From Haliotis rubra (Eukaryota): DNA of 64,000 nucleotides. The stretch lies in the NCBI RefSeq assembly GCF_003918875.1, contig NW_025765725.1, positions 124,001 through 188,000 on the forward strand, in the 5' to 3' direction. The notes below the pieces were generated by a model. The model searched no databases and was not told the origin of the DNA. It saw only the letters and a list, made by a program, of their open reading frames with translations. A program made the position numbers and the translations under genes. Below, one piece after another: positions 39,423 through 52,325 of this stretch; position 1 is the first letter of the stretch, and every line of letters starts with the position of its first letter.

Positions 39423-42400
39423 GGGAAACATGATGTAGAGTATATGTGGACTGGGGCCAGTGTCTGAGTACAAAGGGAGACGTGATGTAGAGTATATGTG
39501 GACTGGGGCCAGTGTCTGAGTACAAATGGAGACGTGATGTAGAGTATATGTGGACTGGGGCCAGTGTCTGAGTACAAAGGGAGACGTGATGTAGAGTATA
39601 TGTGGACTGGGGCCAGTGTCTGAGTACAAAGAGTAACATGATGTAGAGTATATGTGGACTGGGGTCAGTGTCTGAGTACAAAGAGAAACATGATGTAGAG
39701 TATATGTGGACTGGGGCCAGTGTCTGAGTACAAAGGGAGACGTGATGTAAGAGCATATGTGGACTGGGGCCAGTGTCTGAGTACAAAGGGAAACACGATG
39801 AGTACAAAGGAAAACATGATGTAGAGGATATATGTGGACTGGGGCCAGTGTCTGAGTACAAAGAGAAACATGATGTAGAGTATATGTGGACTGGGGCCAG
39901 TGTCTGAGTACAAAGGAGAACATGATGTAGAGTATATGTGGACTGGGGCCAGTGTCTGAGTACAAAGGGAAACTTGATGTAGAGTATATGTGGACTGGGG
40001 CCAGTGTCTGAGTACAAAGGAAACATGATGTGGACTGGGGCCAGTGTCTGAGTGGAAACATGGGGCCATGTGTCTGGGTAGTGTCTGAGGGGAAACATGG
40101 TGTGATGTAGTATATGTGGACTGGGGCAAGTGTCTGAGTACAAAGGAAACATGGTGTAGAGTATATGGACTGGGGCCAGTGTCTGAGTACAAAGGGAAAC
40201 ACGGTGTAGAGAATATATGTGGACTGGGGCCAGTGTCTGAGTACAAAGGGAAACACGGTGTAGAGTATATGTGGACTGGGGCCAGTGTCTGAGTACAAAG
40301 GGAAACATGGTGTAGAGTATATGTGGACTGGGGCCAGTGTCTGAGTACAAAGGGAAACATGGTGTAGAGTATATGTGGACTGGGGCCAGTGTCTGAGTAC
40401 AAAGGGAAACACGGTGTAAGAGTATATGTGGACTGGGGCCAGTGTCTGAGTACAAAGGGAGACGTGATGTAGAGTATATATGTGGACTGGGGCCAGTGTC
40501 TGAGTACAAAGGGAGACGTGATGTAGAGTATATGTGGACTGGGGCCAGTGTCTGAGTACAAAGGGAAACATGTATGATATGTAGAGTATATGGACTGGGG
40601 TCAGTGTCTGAGTACAAAGGGAAACATGGTGTAGAGGATATATGTGGACTGGGGCCAGTGTCTGAGTACAAAGGGAAACACGATGTAGAGGATATATGTG
40701 GACTGGGGCCAGTGTCTGAGTACAAAGAAACATATTGTAAACATGATGTAGAGTATATGTGGACTGGGGCCAGTGTCTGAGTACAAAGGGAAACATGATG
40801 TAGAGTATATATGTGGACTGGGGCCAGTGTCTGAGTACAAAGGGAAACATGATGTAGAGTATATGTGGACTGGGGTCAGTGTCTGAGTACAAAGGGGAAC
40901 ATGGTGTAGAGTATATGTGGACTGGGGCCAGTGTCTGAGTACAAAGGGAAACATGATGTAGAGTATATGTGGACTGGGGCCAGTGTCTGAGTACAAAGGG
41001 AAACACGGTGTAGAGTATATGTGGACTGGGGCCAGTGTCTGAGTACAAAGGGAAACATGGTGTAGAGTACATGTGGACTGGGGCCAGTGTCTGAGGTACA
41101 AAAGGGAAACATGATGTAGAGAGTATATGTGGACTGGGGCCAGTGTCTGAGGACAAAGGGAGACGTGATGTAGAGTATATGTGGACTGGGGCCAGTGTCT
41201 GAGTACAAAAGGGAGACGTGATGTAGAGTATATATGTGGACTGGGGCCAGTGTCTGAGTACAAAGGGAGACACGGATGTAGAGTATATGTGGACTGGGGC
41301 CAGTGTCTGAGTACAAAGGGGACACGTGATGTAGAGTATATGTGGACTGGGGCCAGTGTCTGAGTACAAAAGGGAAACACGGTGTAGAGAATATATGTGG
41401 ACTGGGGCCAGTGTCTGAGTACAAAGGGAAACATGATGTAGAGTATATGTGGACTGGGGCCAGTGTCTGAGTACAAAGGAAACATGGTGTAGAGTATATG
41501 TGGACTGGGGTCCAGTGTCTGAGGTACAAAGGAAACATGATGTAGAGAGATATGTGGACTGGGGCCAGTGTCTGAGGACAAAGGGAGACAGTGATGTAAG
41601 AGTATATGTGGACTGGGGCCAGTGTCTGAGAGTACAAAGGGGAGACGTGATGTAGAGTATATGTGGACTGGGGCCAGTGTCTGAGTACAAAAGGGAGACG
41701 TGATGTAGAGTATATGTGGACTAGGGGCCAGTGTCTGAGTACAAAGGGAGACACAGTGTAGAGTATATGTGGACTGGGGCCAGTGTCTGAGTACAAGGGA
41801 AACATGGTGTAGAGTATATGTGGACTGGGGCCAGTGTCTGAGTACAAAGGGGTAGAACACACAATGTAGAGGATATATGTGACTGGGGCCAGTGTCTGAG
41901 AGTACAAAGGAGAAACGATGTAGAGTATATGTGGACTGGGGCCAGTGTCTGAGTACAAAGGGAAACATGATGTAGAGTATATGTGGACTGGGGTCAGTGT
42001 CTGAGTACAAAGGGAAACATGATGTAGAGTATATGTGGACTGGGGTCAGTGTCTGAGTACAGTGAAATATGGACTGGGGCCAGAAACATGATGTAGAGTA
42101 CATGTGGACTGGGGCCAGTGTCTGAGTACAAAGGAAACATGATGTAGAGTATATGGGACTAGGGGCCAGTGTCTGAGTACAAAGGGAAACATGATGTAGA
42201 GTATATGGACTGGGGCAGTGTCACAGTACAAAGAAACATGATGTAAGAGTACATGGACTGGGGCCAGTGTCTGAGTACAAAGGGAAACATGGATGTAGAG
42301 TATAATATGGACTGGGGTCAGTGTCTGAGTACAAAAGGAAACATATGGTGTAGAGTATATGTGGACTACAGGGTCAGTGTCTGAGTACAAAGGAAACATG

Positions 42401-45400
42401 AGTACAAAGGAAACAGTGTCTGAGGTACAAGTAGAGTATATGTAGAGACTGGGGACAGTCACTGAGTACAAAGGAAACATGGAAACTTTTGATGTAGAGT
42501 ACATGTGGACTGGGGCCAGTGTCTGAGTACAAAGCAGGGGAATGGGAGAGTATAGAGTATGGACTGGGGGCCAGTGTCTGAGGTACAAAGGGGAAACATG
42601 GTGTAGAGTATATGTGGACTGGGGCCAGTGTCTGAGTACAAAAAGGAAACACAGTGTAGAGGATATATGTGGACTAGGGCCAGTGTCTGAGGACAAGGGA
42701 AACACGATGTAGAGTATATGTGGACTGGGGCCCAGTGTCTGAACAAAAAGGAAACATGGTGTGAGAGTATATGTGGACTGGGGTCAGTGTCTGAGGTACA
42801 AAGGAAACATGGTAGAGTATATGTGGACTGGGGCCAGTGTCTGAGTACAAAGGGGGCACGGATGTAGAGTATATGTGGACTGGGGCCAGTGTCTGAGTAC
42901 AAAGGGAGACGTGATGTAAGAGTATATGTGGACTGGGGCCAGTGTCTGAGTACAAAAGGGAGACAGTGAGTAAGAGTATATGTGGACTGGGGCCAGTGTC
43001 ACAGGTACAAAGGGAAACATGGTGTAGAGTATATGTGGACTGGGGCCAGTGTCTGAGAGTACAAAGGTAGTGTAGAGGATATATGGACTGGGGCCAGTGT
43101 CTGAGTACAAAGGAAACACGATGTAGAGTATATATGTGGACTGGGGCCAGTGTCTGAGTACAAAGGGAAACATGATGTAAGAGTATATGTGTGGACTGGG
43201 GCCAGTGTCTGAGTACAAAGGGAAACATGATGTAAGAGTATATGTGGACTGGGGCCAGTGTCTGAGTACAAAGGGAAACATGATGTAGAGTATATGTGGA
43301 CTGGGGTCAGTGTCTGAGTACAAAGAGAAACATGATGTAGAGTATATGTGGACTGGGGCCAGTGTCTGAGTACAAAGGGAAACATGATGTAGAGTATAAT
43401 ATGGACTGGGGCCAGTGTCTGAGTACAAAGGGAAACATGGTGTAGAGTATATGTGGACTGGGGCCAGTGTCTGAGTACAAAGGGAAACACGGTGTAGAGA
43501 ATATATGTGGACTAGGGCCAGTGTCTGAGGACAAAGGGAAACACGATGTAGAGAATATATGTGGACTGGGGCCAGTGTCTGAGTACAAAGGGAAACATGG
43601 TGTAGAGTATATGTGGACTGGGGTCAGTGTCTGAGTACAAAGGGAAACATGATGTAGAGTATATGTGGACTGGGGCCAGTGTCTGAGGACAAAGGGAGAC
43701 GTGATGTAGAGTATATGTGGACTGGGGCCAGTGTCTGAGTACAAAGGGAGACGTGATGTAGAGTATATGTGGACTGGGGCCAGTGTCTGAGTACAAAGGG
43801 AGACGTGATGTAGAGTATATGTGGACTGGGGCCAGTGTCTGAGTACAAAGGGAAACATGGTGTAGAGTATATGTGGACTGGGGTCAGTGTCTGAGTACAA
43901 AGGGAAACATGGTGTAGAGGATATATGTGGACTGGGGCCAGTGTCTGAGTACAAAGGGAAACACGATGTAGAGGATATATGTGGACTGGGGCCAGTGTCT
44001 GAGTACAAAGAGAAACATGATGTAGAGTATATGTGGACTGGGGTCAGTGTCTGAGTACAAAGGGAAACATGATGTAGAGTATATGTGGACTGGGGTCAGT
44101 GTCTGAGTACAAAGGGAAACATGATGTAGAGTATATGTGGACTGGGGTCAGTGTCTGAGTACAAAGAGAAACATGATGTAGAGTACATGTGGACTGGGGC
44201 CAGTGTCTGAGTACAAAGGGAAACATGATGTAGAGTATAATATGGACTGGGGCCAGTGTCTGAGTACAAAGGGAAACATGGTGTAGAGTATATGTGGACT
44301 GGGGCCAGTGTCTGAGTACAAAGGGAAACACGGTGTAGAGTATATGTGGACTAGGGCCAGTGTCTGAGTACAAAGGGAAACACGATGTAGAGTATATGTG
44401 GACTGGGGCCAGTGTCTGAGTACAAAAGGAAACATGGTGTAGAGTATATATGTGGACTGGGGTCAGTGTCTGAGTACAAAGGGAAACATGATGTAGAGTA
44501 TATGTGGACTGGGGCCAGTGTCTGAGTACAAAGGGAAACATGATGTAGAGTATATGTGGACTGGGGCCAGTGTCTGAGTACAAAGGGAAACATGATGTAG
44601 AGTATATGTGGACTGGGGCCAGTGTCTGAGTACAAAGGGAGACACGATGTAGAGTATATGTGGACTGGGGCCAGTGTCTGAGTACAAAGGGAAACGTGAT
44701 GTAGAGTATATGTGGACTGGGGCCAGTGTCTGAGTACAAAGGGAGACGTGATGTAGAGTATATGTGGACTGGGGCCAGTGTCTGAGTACAAAGGGAAACG
44801 TGATGTAGAGTATATGTGGACTGGGGCCAGTGTCTGAGTACAAAGGGAGACGTGATGTAGAGTATATGTGGACTGGGGCCAGTGTCTGAGTACAAAGGGT
44901 GACGTGATGTAGAGTATATGTGGACTGGGGCCAGTGTCTGAGTACAAAGAGAAACATGATGTAGAGTATATGTGGACTGGGGCCAGTGTCTGAGTACAAA
45001 GGGAAACATGGTGTAGAGTATATGTGGACTGGGGCCAGTGTCTGAGTACAAAGAGAAACATGATGTAGAGTATATGTGGACTGGGGCCAGTGTCTGAGTA
45101 CAAAGGGAAACACGGTGTAGAGTATATGTGGACTGGGGCCAGTGTCTGAGTACAAAGGGAAACATGATGTAGAGTATATGTGGACTGGGGTCAGTGTCTG
45201 AGGACAAAGGGAAACGTGATGTAGAGTATATGTGGACTGGGGCCAGTGTCTGAGTACAAAGGGTGACGTGATGTAGAGTATATGTGGACTGGGGCCAGTG
45301 TCTGAGTACAAAGAGAAACATGATGTAGAGTATATGTGGACTGGGGTCAGTGTCTGAGTACAAAGGGAAACATGATGTAGAGTATATGTGGACTGGGGCC

Positions 45401-45967
45401 AGTGCCTGAGTACAAAGAGAAACATGATGTAGAGTATATGTGGACTGGGGCCAGTGTCTGAGTACAAAGGGAAACACGATGTAGAGTATATGTGGACTGG
45501 GGCCAGTGTCTGAGTACAAAGGGTGACGTGATGTAGAGTATATGTGGACTGGGGCCAGTGTCTGAGTACAAAGAGAAACATGATGTAGAGTATATGTGGA
45601 CTGGGGCCAGTGTCTGAGTACAAAGAGAAACATGATGTAGAGTATATGTGGACTGGGGTCAGTGTCTGAGTACAAAGAGAAACATGATGTAGAGTATATG
45701 TGGACTGGGGTCAGTGTCTGAGTACAAAGGGAAACATGATGTAGAGTATATGTGGACTGGGGCCAGTGTCTGAGTACAAAGGGAAACATGATGTAGAGTA
45801 TATGTGGACTGGGGTCAGTGTCTGAGGACAAAGGGAAACGTGATGTGGAGTATATGTGGACTGGGGTCAGTGTCTGAGGACAAAGGGAAACGTGATGTGG
45901 AGTATATGTGGACTGGGGCCAGTGTCTGATGACAACGGGAAACATGGTGTAGAGTATATGTGGACTT
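39423..45967. repeat. Large minisatellite, 52-bp unit, about 125 copies
   Basis: Unit GGGAAACATGATGTAGAGTATATGTGGACTGGGGCCAGTGTCTGAGTACAAA (starts 39423, 39475). The minus strand of the consensus lacks TAA, TAG and TGA. Confidence 0.99.
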
Positions 45968-46236
45968 TGGGGAGTGTGTAATGAAGCTATGATTGATATT
46001 AGATGTCTACAATCAGCATCTTTTGACAGAAGTTCCTTTTTCGTACTTTTAGGATTTTTAGGAGAATTTACCTATTTGCTACACATATTTACCATTCATT
46101 ATTTATCCAAAGCTTGTTGTGATTGTGAACCAACTTCGGTGTCTTTGTTCAACCATGGGATTCTGGTTTTGAATCAGTCCAGATCAACCTGTGAGTCGTA
46201 AGTTTCGACCTAAAGGGCCAGATGGTCAGGTGCGGT

Positions 46237-46442
46237 GAACCCGTGAAGTTCATGTTTATGTCTTCCGCAACCCATGCCTGTCATTAGAGGCGACTAAAGG
46301 GATCAGTTAGGTTCGTTGATTTGCTTGGTGCATGTCATCGTATCCCATATGTGGAGATCGTTATTAGTCTGGTCCAGACTCGATTATTTACTAACCGCCC
46401 AGACGTACCTGGAAAAGTGTTGAGTTAAACAACAAACAAACA
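46237..46442 (+). mobile_element. Diverged family B copy
   Basis: ACCCGTGAAG..AGAGGCGACTAA.GGGATC..TCTGGTCCAGACTCGATTATTTAC..TTAAACAACAAACAAAC. Confidence 0.8.
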
Positions 46443-46574
46443 GACTCGATGACTTGGCTTGTGTCATTGCACTTTGTGCTCAAACTGCCAATAATTTTTC
46501 TGTCTGGCTCATCCAGGATTATTTAAATACCGACGTTATGTAGAGGAAATATTGTTCATCGTTTACAATGCATC

Positions 46575-47625
46575 CTAAATGATCACATCAATATATCTAT
46601 AATCACATCAATTCATCTATGATCATATCAATACATATATGAACATATCTATGAACATATCAATACATCAATGGTCATATCAATACATCTATGATCATAT
46701 CAATATATCTATGGTCATATCAGTTCATCTATGATCATATCAGTTCATCTATGATCATATCAATATATATATGATCATATAAATACATCTATGGCCATAT
46801 CAATATATATATGATCATATCAATACATCTATGAACATATCAATACATCTATGATCATATCAATATATCTATGATCATAAAATTCATCTGTGATCATGTC
46901 AATATATCTATGATCATATCAGTTAATCTATGATCATATCAGTTCATCTATGATCATATCAATATATCTATGATCATATCAATATATCTATGATCATATC
47001 AATACATCTATGATCATATCAATACATCTATGAGCATATTAATATATCTATGATCATATAAATATATCTATGATCATAAAATTCATCTGTGATCATATCA
47101 ATATATCTCTGATCATATCAATATATCTATGATCATAAAATTCATCTGTGACCATATCAATACATCTATGACCATATCAATATATTTATGATTATATCAA
47201 TATATCTATGATCATAAAATTCATCTATGATCATATCAATACATCTATGACCATATCAATATATCTATGATAATATCAATACATCTATGACCATATCAAT
47301 ATATCTATGATCATATCAATATATCTATGATCATATCAATATATCTATGATCATAAAATTCATCTGTGACCATATCAATACATCTATGACCATATCAATA
47401 TATCTATGATCATATCAATATATCTATGATCATAAAATTCATCTGTGATCATATCAATACATCTATGACCATATCAATATATCTATGACCATATCAATAT
47501 ATCTATGATAATATCAATACATCAATGAACATATCAATATATCTATGATCATATCAATACATCTATGACCATATCAATACACCATGGTCATATCAATATA
47601 TCAATGTATCGATGATCATATCAAT
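46575..47625. repeat. AT-rich satellite, 19-20-bp unit, about 50 copies
   Basis: Unit ATCAATATATCTATGATCAT, with a recurrent variant GATCATAAAATTCATCTGT. Confidence 0.97.
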
Positions 47626-48329
47626 GTTGTGTGAATATCCTCAAGTAAATGTTTGATATCAATCACCCATTTTAGGTTCAACTCTCCAACCTGTATTCAG
47701 CATGTAATTGGAAATTCAATTATGATAATGTTGAATTAGCTCTATTGCTTGAAATATGGCGGTCATACAATCTACTCCAATTTTAAAGAAGTGATTTGTC
47801 ACTCAGCGAATGTGCTTTTAACGTTCTCATTGCTTCTGCGCCTGTGTGCTATGTTTCCTGTGTGCTATGAATAACGACTGAATTAAATAAATGCTCTGAG
47901 TGAACCTACTTGAAATGCACAGCAGTGGTAAAGAACACCAACGTCATTCTTATGTTTTACTTTCAAAATTACTTAATCTGGTACATAAGTACATGTCTGT
48001 TCGAAATACATGACTATTTTCTTGACGTCAACAGATATATGAACATGTTTAAAATCTCGTCGTACACGCTTGTCTAGTAACCAAGGGGATCACATTATAG
48101 CTCCATTTATCTAGGGTTCGACTGATTCTACCGTATCACCTTTTGACCAAGCAATTATAAATTTAATGTAGCAAATGCTAAACTCTGCTGTACAATATAT
48201 CTTAGCTATGATTCTTCCGTTACTGAGAATTTCCCGACTAAGGACGCCATCAATATAATTGATACACACGTCAGCTTGGGCTTAGTTCTGCTTTTTTACT
48301 TACCGGGGTAAGCTTTACGTTACTGGAAA

Positions 48330-48480
48330 TTCAGGGGACTTAAATATTCGTTCGAGACAACCAGGATTTCGAGTCATCCAGTTCATGATAAATGTAACAA
48401 ACTTTCACGGGACCGCACTTCAGTTCGACACACCTGGGCATTCGGCATATCAGAATTCGAGTCAATCGGGTTACATTGTA
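48330..48480. mobile_element. Partial pogo/Tigger-like MITE end
   Basis: Repeated TTCGA(G/C) subterminal motifs ending TTCGAGTCAATCGGGTTACATTGTA. Only one end is recognisable. Confidence 0.4.
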
Positions 48481-48619
48481 CTTACAATGAATGTCATTTA
48501 TGAATGTGATACTTTGGTTTTTACTACAAATAGATAGTGATTATGAATACGCAACTGTTAACTATTTTCCTTGAACTAAATGCACAAGAATTCAGACTTA
48601 TCTAATTGCCATACATGAT

Positions 48620-48840
48620 TCCGGGTAAAATTTAGATCCCCGGCAATCCATGCATATTGTTATTAAAAGTCGCTGGCCTTGACTTGGTCTCCGGGCTGAC
48701 AACGTGTCATCGTATCCAGATTGTTTTTATCGATGCCCTTGATATTAATCACTAGGTTTGTCTGGTTCAGACTCGATTATACAATGGCCACCGTCATACA
48801 ACTGAAATATTGCTAAGTGATTCGTTAGACAGGAAACAAG
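48620..48840 (+). mobile_element. Degenerate family B copy
   Basis: GTGTCATCGTATCC..ATCGATGC..ATCACT..TTGTCTGGTTCAGACTCGATTAT..AATATTGCTAAGTG. Confidence 0.65.
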
Positions 48841-48962
48841 CGTAGCGTATTCCCTGACTGATATTGAAAATCTGACCCTTTACTATAAAACATGTTTAAA
48901 CAAGGTTTTCGTTAATCCTAAACCTATGAAAGACTACCAAGCTTAACCCGAAACATATACAC

Positions 48963-49068
48963 CAGGGTCGCGATCCACGAAGCGTTCGTAACGTAACGAC
49001 CTGTCGTAGTTCTATTGCTTGTTTACGAATGTCATAGTTCTACTAACATTTTGTAGATCGGGGTCCAA
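48963..49068. mobile_element. Degenerate MITE related to 62532-62644
   Basis: Left end CAGGGTCGCGATCCACGAAGCG versus reverse complement of right end TTGGACCCCGATCTACAAAATG. Similar size to the 62532 element. Confidence 0.45.
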
Positions 49069-52000
49069 GTTTCTGTTGTGTGCCTAAAATAACTAAACAC
49101 ATGCATGAGAAATAACTAAGATGCTACTATATGAGCTACTTTGTATTGTTACTCGTGATACACTTCTGGACTGCCCTTGTCCCTACAGTGTGTGGTCCAC
49201 GGCTATATTTGCGTGTCTGGTATGTGCAATGTAGAAAATGAAGTACCAAAACACCATTGCTTCCCCCTTGGAAGACATGACGTCAATCGTCGAGGGCGTC
49301 AGTTGTCTTACCAACCCAACGAACCCTCAGCAGATTGGTTTACCGCCTCTCCACCAAACCCTTCATTGTAACGGGGACCCAGAGCCACTGGTGTTGCTGC
49401 GAGACGTGTAGTCGTACTATGTGGCTTCTAGTACTGACCAAATACTGTTATAACCTTTGCTGCGTTTGTGTTCAAACTGGTAAGCCAGAAATCAACCATT
49501 TGCTTACTGGTAATACGTTTGGAAACGAATAAGAACTACCCGTAAATATGACAGAGTGATGATTGTTCAGTAATTTTGAACAATTGGATTGATAACCCAT
49601 TTCAAACTTTTGACTTTCCAGAAATATTCCAGATTTTGATATATTGTATTGCTCTGAAACGTTTAATCATGGGTAGATTCTTTGATGTGCGCATATGTGT
49701 TAAATCAGTAATTGCAAGCATGTTGTTTTGAGGGATATATTGTAGCTTTACAATGTTGAATTGATTTGGACTAAACCACTTGTATCCTGTGTTGAGATTT
49801 GATGAGGGTTGTAGAAAGTACAAATAGGAATAATGGTGGTGTACCCTTTGATCACGCGTACGTTCATTATGTATTGCTTAGTAGACAAGGATCTGTGTTC
49901 AAATGCAAATCTCATGTGGATACAATGTTGCAGATATAGATACTATCGATTACCACTATCAATTTAGAACTTCAGAAAGCAAAGAGACACGAAGGTTATT
50001 AAACTGTGAGAGGTCCCAAACGAGTACACGAGACATGTTTCTCGACATTTAGGAAATTAACTGTGAATTCAGTTCCTTCATATAAGTGAAAAAGGACAAA
50101 AAGTCAGAATAAAGATGCCCAATTAGTAGATTTATGTTCTTGGAAATATTTCTAAATTGATGAATGCGAAATTGCAGTCTTGCACTGAAGCAAATGCCCT
50201 GCCATGACATCCCCTCACATGTGTTCATTTTATTGAGGTATGATGAATGTAGAATATGTCACATGTCAAGTGATGATATAAAGCTTTGGCTAAATGATTG
50301 ATATCAAACCCTACTCAGGCAGTTATACAGTCTAAATAAGTTGTAAATCTCATGATGATGAGTTCTCTCGACGCACTCATAATAACCCAGTTCGTTGCGT
50401 TCCTTGACGGCAAAGCATTGGGAAGAGTAAGCGGAGAGACGTATCCAGGTTGATGTGTCTACTTGAAGCTTCTTGAGGCAGCGAGAGCAATGAAAACGAC
50501 GGCGCCACTTTTGCAATGGGAGCCATACCACCATATCCTCACATGTCTTAGTAGAGTAATCGGAGAAATAAATCTTAGAGTAAATAAACAGCGCACCAGG
50601 ACGGAGTGTATCCACCCCTTACAGCTCCCAGATGAGTCCCTGGGGGACACTGAACCGGTTTGAGGTGTTCGTGGCGTCTAAGTTTAGAGGATGTCTTGGC
50701 TCTGAAGCTGGCCTCTGACATGCCGTCTCAGAACGATAGGGATCTCTTGGGATCTCCATAGACCAGCCTTGTGCTGCTGATCTCCTGGATGTGATAGTGG
50801 GTGTTTATTGTCCAGTCCGGGGGCGTGAGATAGGGATCTGAGTGAAACCACCCCCTACATGACTGTGATATACACTACTGTACAGTCAACTGTTAGCCTG
50901 ACTGCTTGCCGGCATACCGTTTATGTTGTTTGTGTGTACCATATGTTAACACTTTAGCGTTCTGTTTAAATGTTGTGCTTCATGGAGGGTTCTGTTTTCA
51001 AGTTAAGCACCCATTTGGTGAAATGTTCTTTTACTCGTATAATTCTCTTATATACTAAAATAACGTTATGTGGATCGACAAGGGTGACGTAAAAGACCGA
51101 GGTGTTGTCCTGTCCAAAAAGAAAGTCCAACGATCATTCATTTTACATCAGCCATGACAACTCAGATTGTCGTAATCGTATGGTCAGCTCTGACTTGAAC
51201 TTCCTATTTCGTCACAATTTTAATCCTTTATATGTGGGACCTTAGCTCAATCCTGTTTTCATTAAGAGCTAGAAATGTACTTCTGTTGTTTCCCCAAAGG
51301 GATCTCTGCTTTGGTCACCTTGAGCTAAACACGTATCCCCTTACCCCACAAAATGATACACTATGATAATTCTTCCTGAAGCGGTATACACCCGAGTCAA
51401 TAGATTCAAAGTTCTATTAACTGATATTACAGACAGACCTCACGTGATCATCACGATATCAAAAAGGGGGATCGTTTGGGGCAGGATATATGTTGTTGTT
51501 TTTTGGTTTTTCATTGTTCACTGAGAACCCATCAAGTACTCTGATATGCGGACTGTCATAAATCTCTAATGCAATGATAGTTATTTTGAATGATACTTTC
51601 TACATTGTAAAAATAGTAACAACAGCCCTGCGCTGTACTGCCCGCAAAGTGAGACTAAAGGATACAATTGCTACACTTCCATTGTCGTATTTAATACCAG
51701 TTGTGAAGCAAGTCTATATGATGATAATATCATGTTTTTCAACTGCCGCCAATAAGACGGATCATCTTAACGTGTATTATCTTGTCATCTTGACATCCGT
51801 TTATGAAGACATCACAAAGAAAGGTACACTGGGTAATCCATTTCCCACAACGATAGCAATTGGGCTTAAACTGGTTCCGAGCCATACAAGCAATCCCCGA
51901 TGGTGGAGAGAGGAGTATGTCGGTCCACATGTGTGGCTGGTTAATTTGACTTGGTGGTCTCTGACGACTCCAAACACTTGACGTACATGTAGCCATGTAT

Positions 52001-52267
52001 GACAACGTCACATCAACAGATCCTACAAACCATCCCTTCATCTTCGTTTGATACTAGAGAGGCGTGCATGTGGGTATGGTTGCACTAAATGACTGTTATT
52101 TATGGGAGGGAGGTTGACGGGAATACGGTGATTGGAATACAAACACCGATATCTACTGGAACACCATTCCTGCTACTGGTTCATTGAAACGCGTGGGGTA
52201 TTCTAAAAGCTGTTTGCCACGTATGTGGCTCTGAAGATGAAAAACAAGAAGAAATGTTGTCGTGTGC

Positions 52268-52286
52268 ATCATCATCATCATCAGCG

Positions 52287-52325
<39 letters not shown>
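52268..52325. repeat. (CAT)n microsatellite
   Basis: Read directly from the sequence. Confidence 0.95.

Noticed and set aside
45180-45240. Hammerhead-like string in some 52-bp units (CTGAGGA-CAAAGG-GAAAC-GTGAT-GTA)
   Set aside because: Most units read CTGAGTA and lose the core G8. Stem II is at most 1 bp and stem I cannot pair. Likely chance.
39374-45945. ORFs up to 756 aa as protein-coding genes
   Set aside because: They are overlapping translations of the same 52-bp unit in all frames, with no unique domain and freely occurring frameshifts.
39423-45967. CRISPR-like array (constant repeat plus variable segment)
   Set aside because: The variable part is a few recurring point variants, not unique spacers. 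No cas genes, and the context is eukaryotic. The same applies to the 44-, 37-, 88- and 32-bp arrays.
50570-50840. Selenocysteine read-through at an in-frame minus-strand TGA (50728-50730)
   Set aside because: No recognisable selenoprotein context or SECIS element seen.
51574-52041. ORFs of 135 and 100 aa
   Set aside because: No recognisable motifs. Lengths are compatible with chance.
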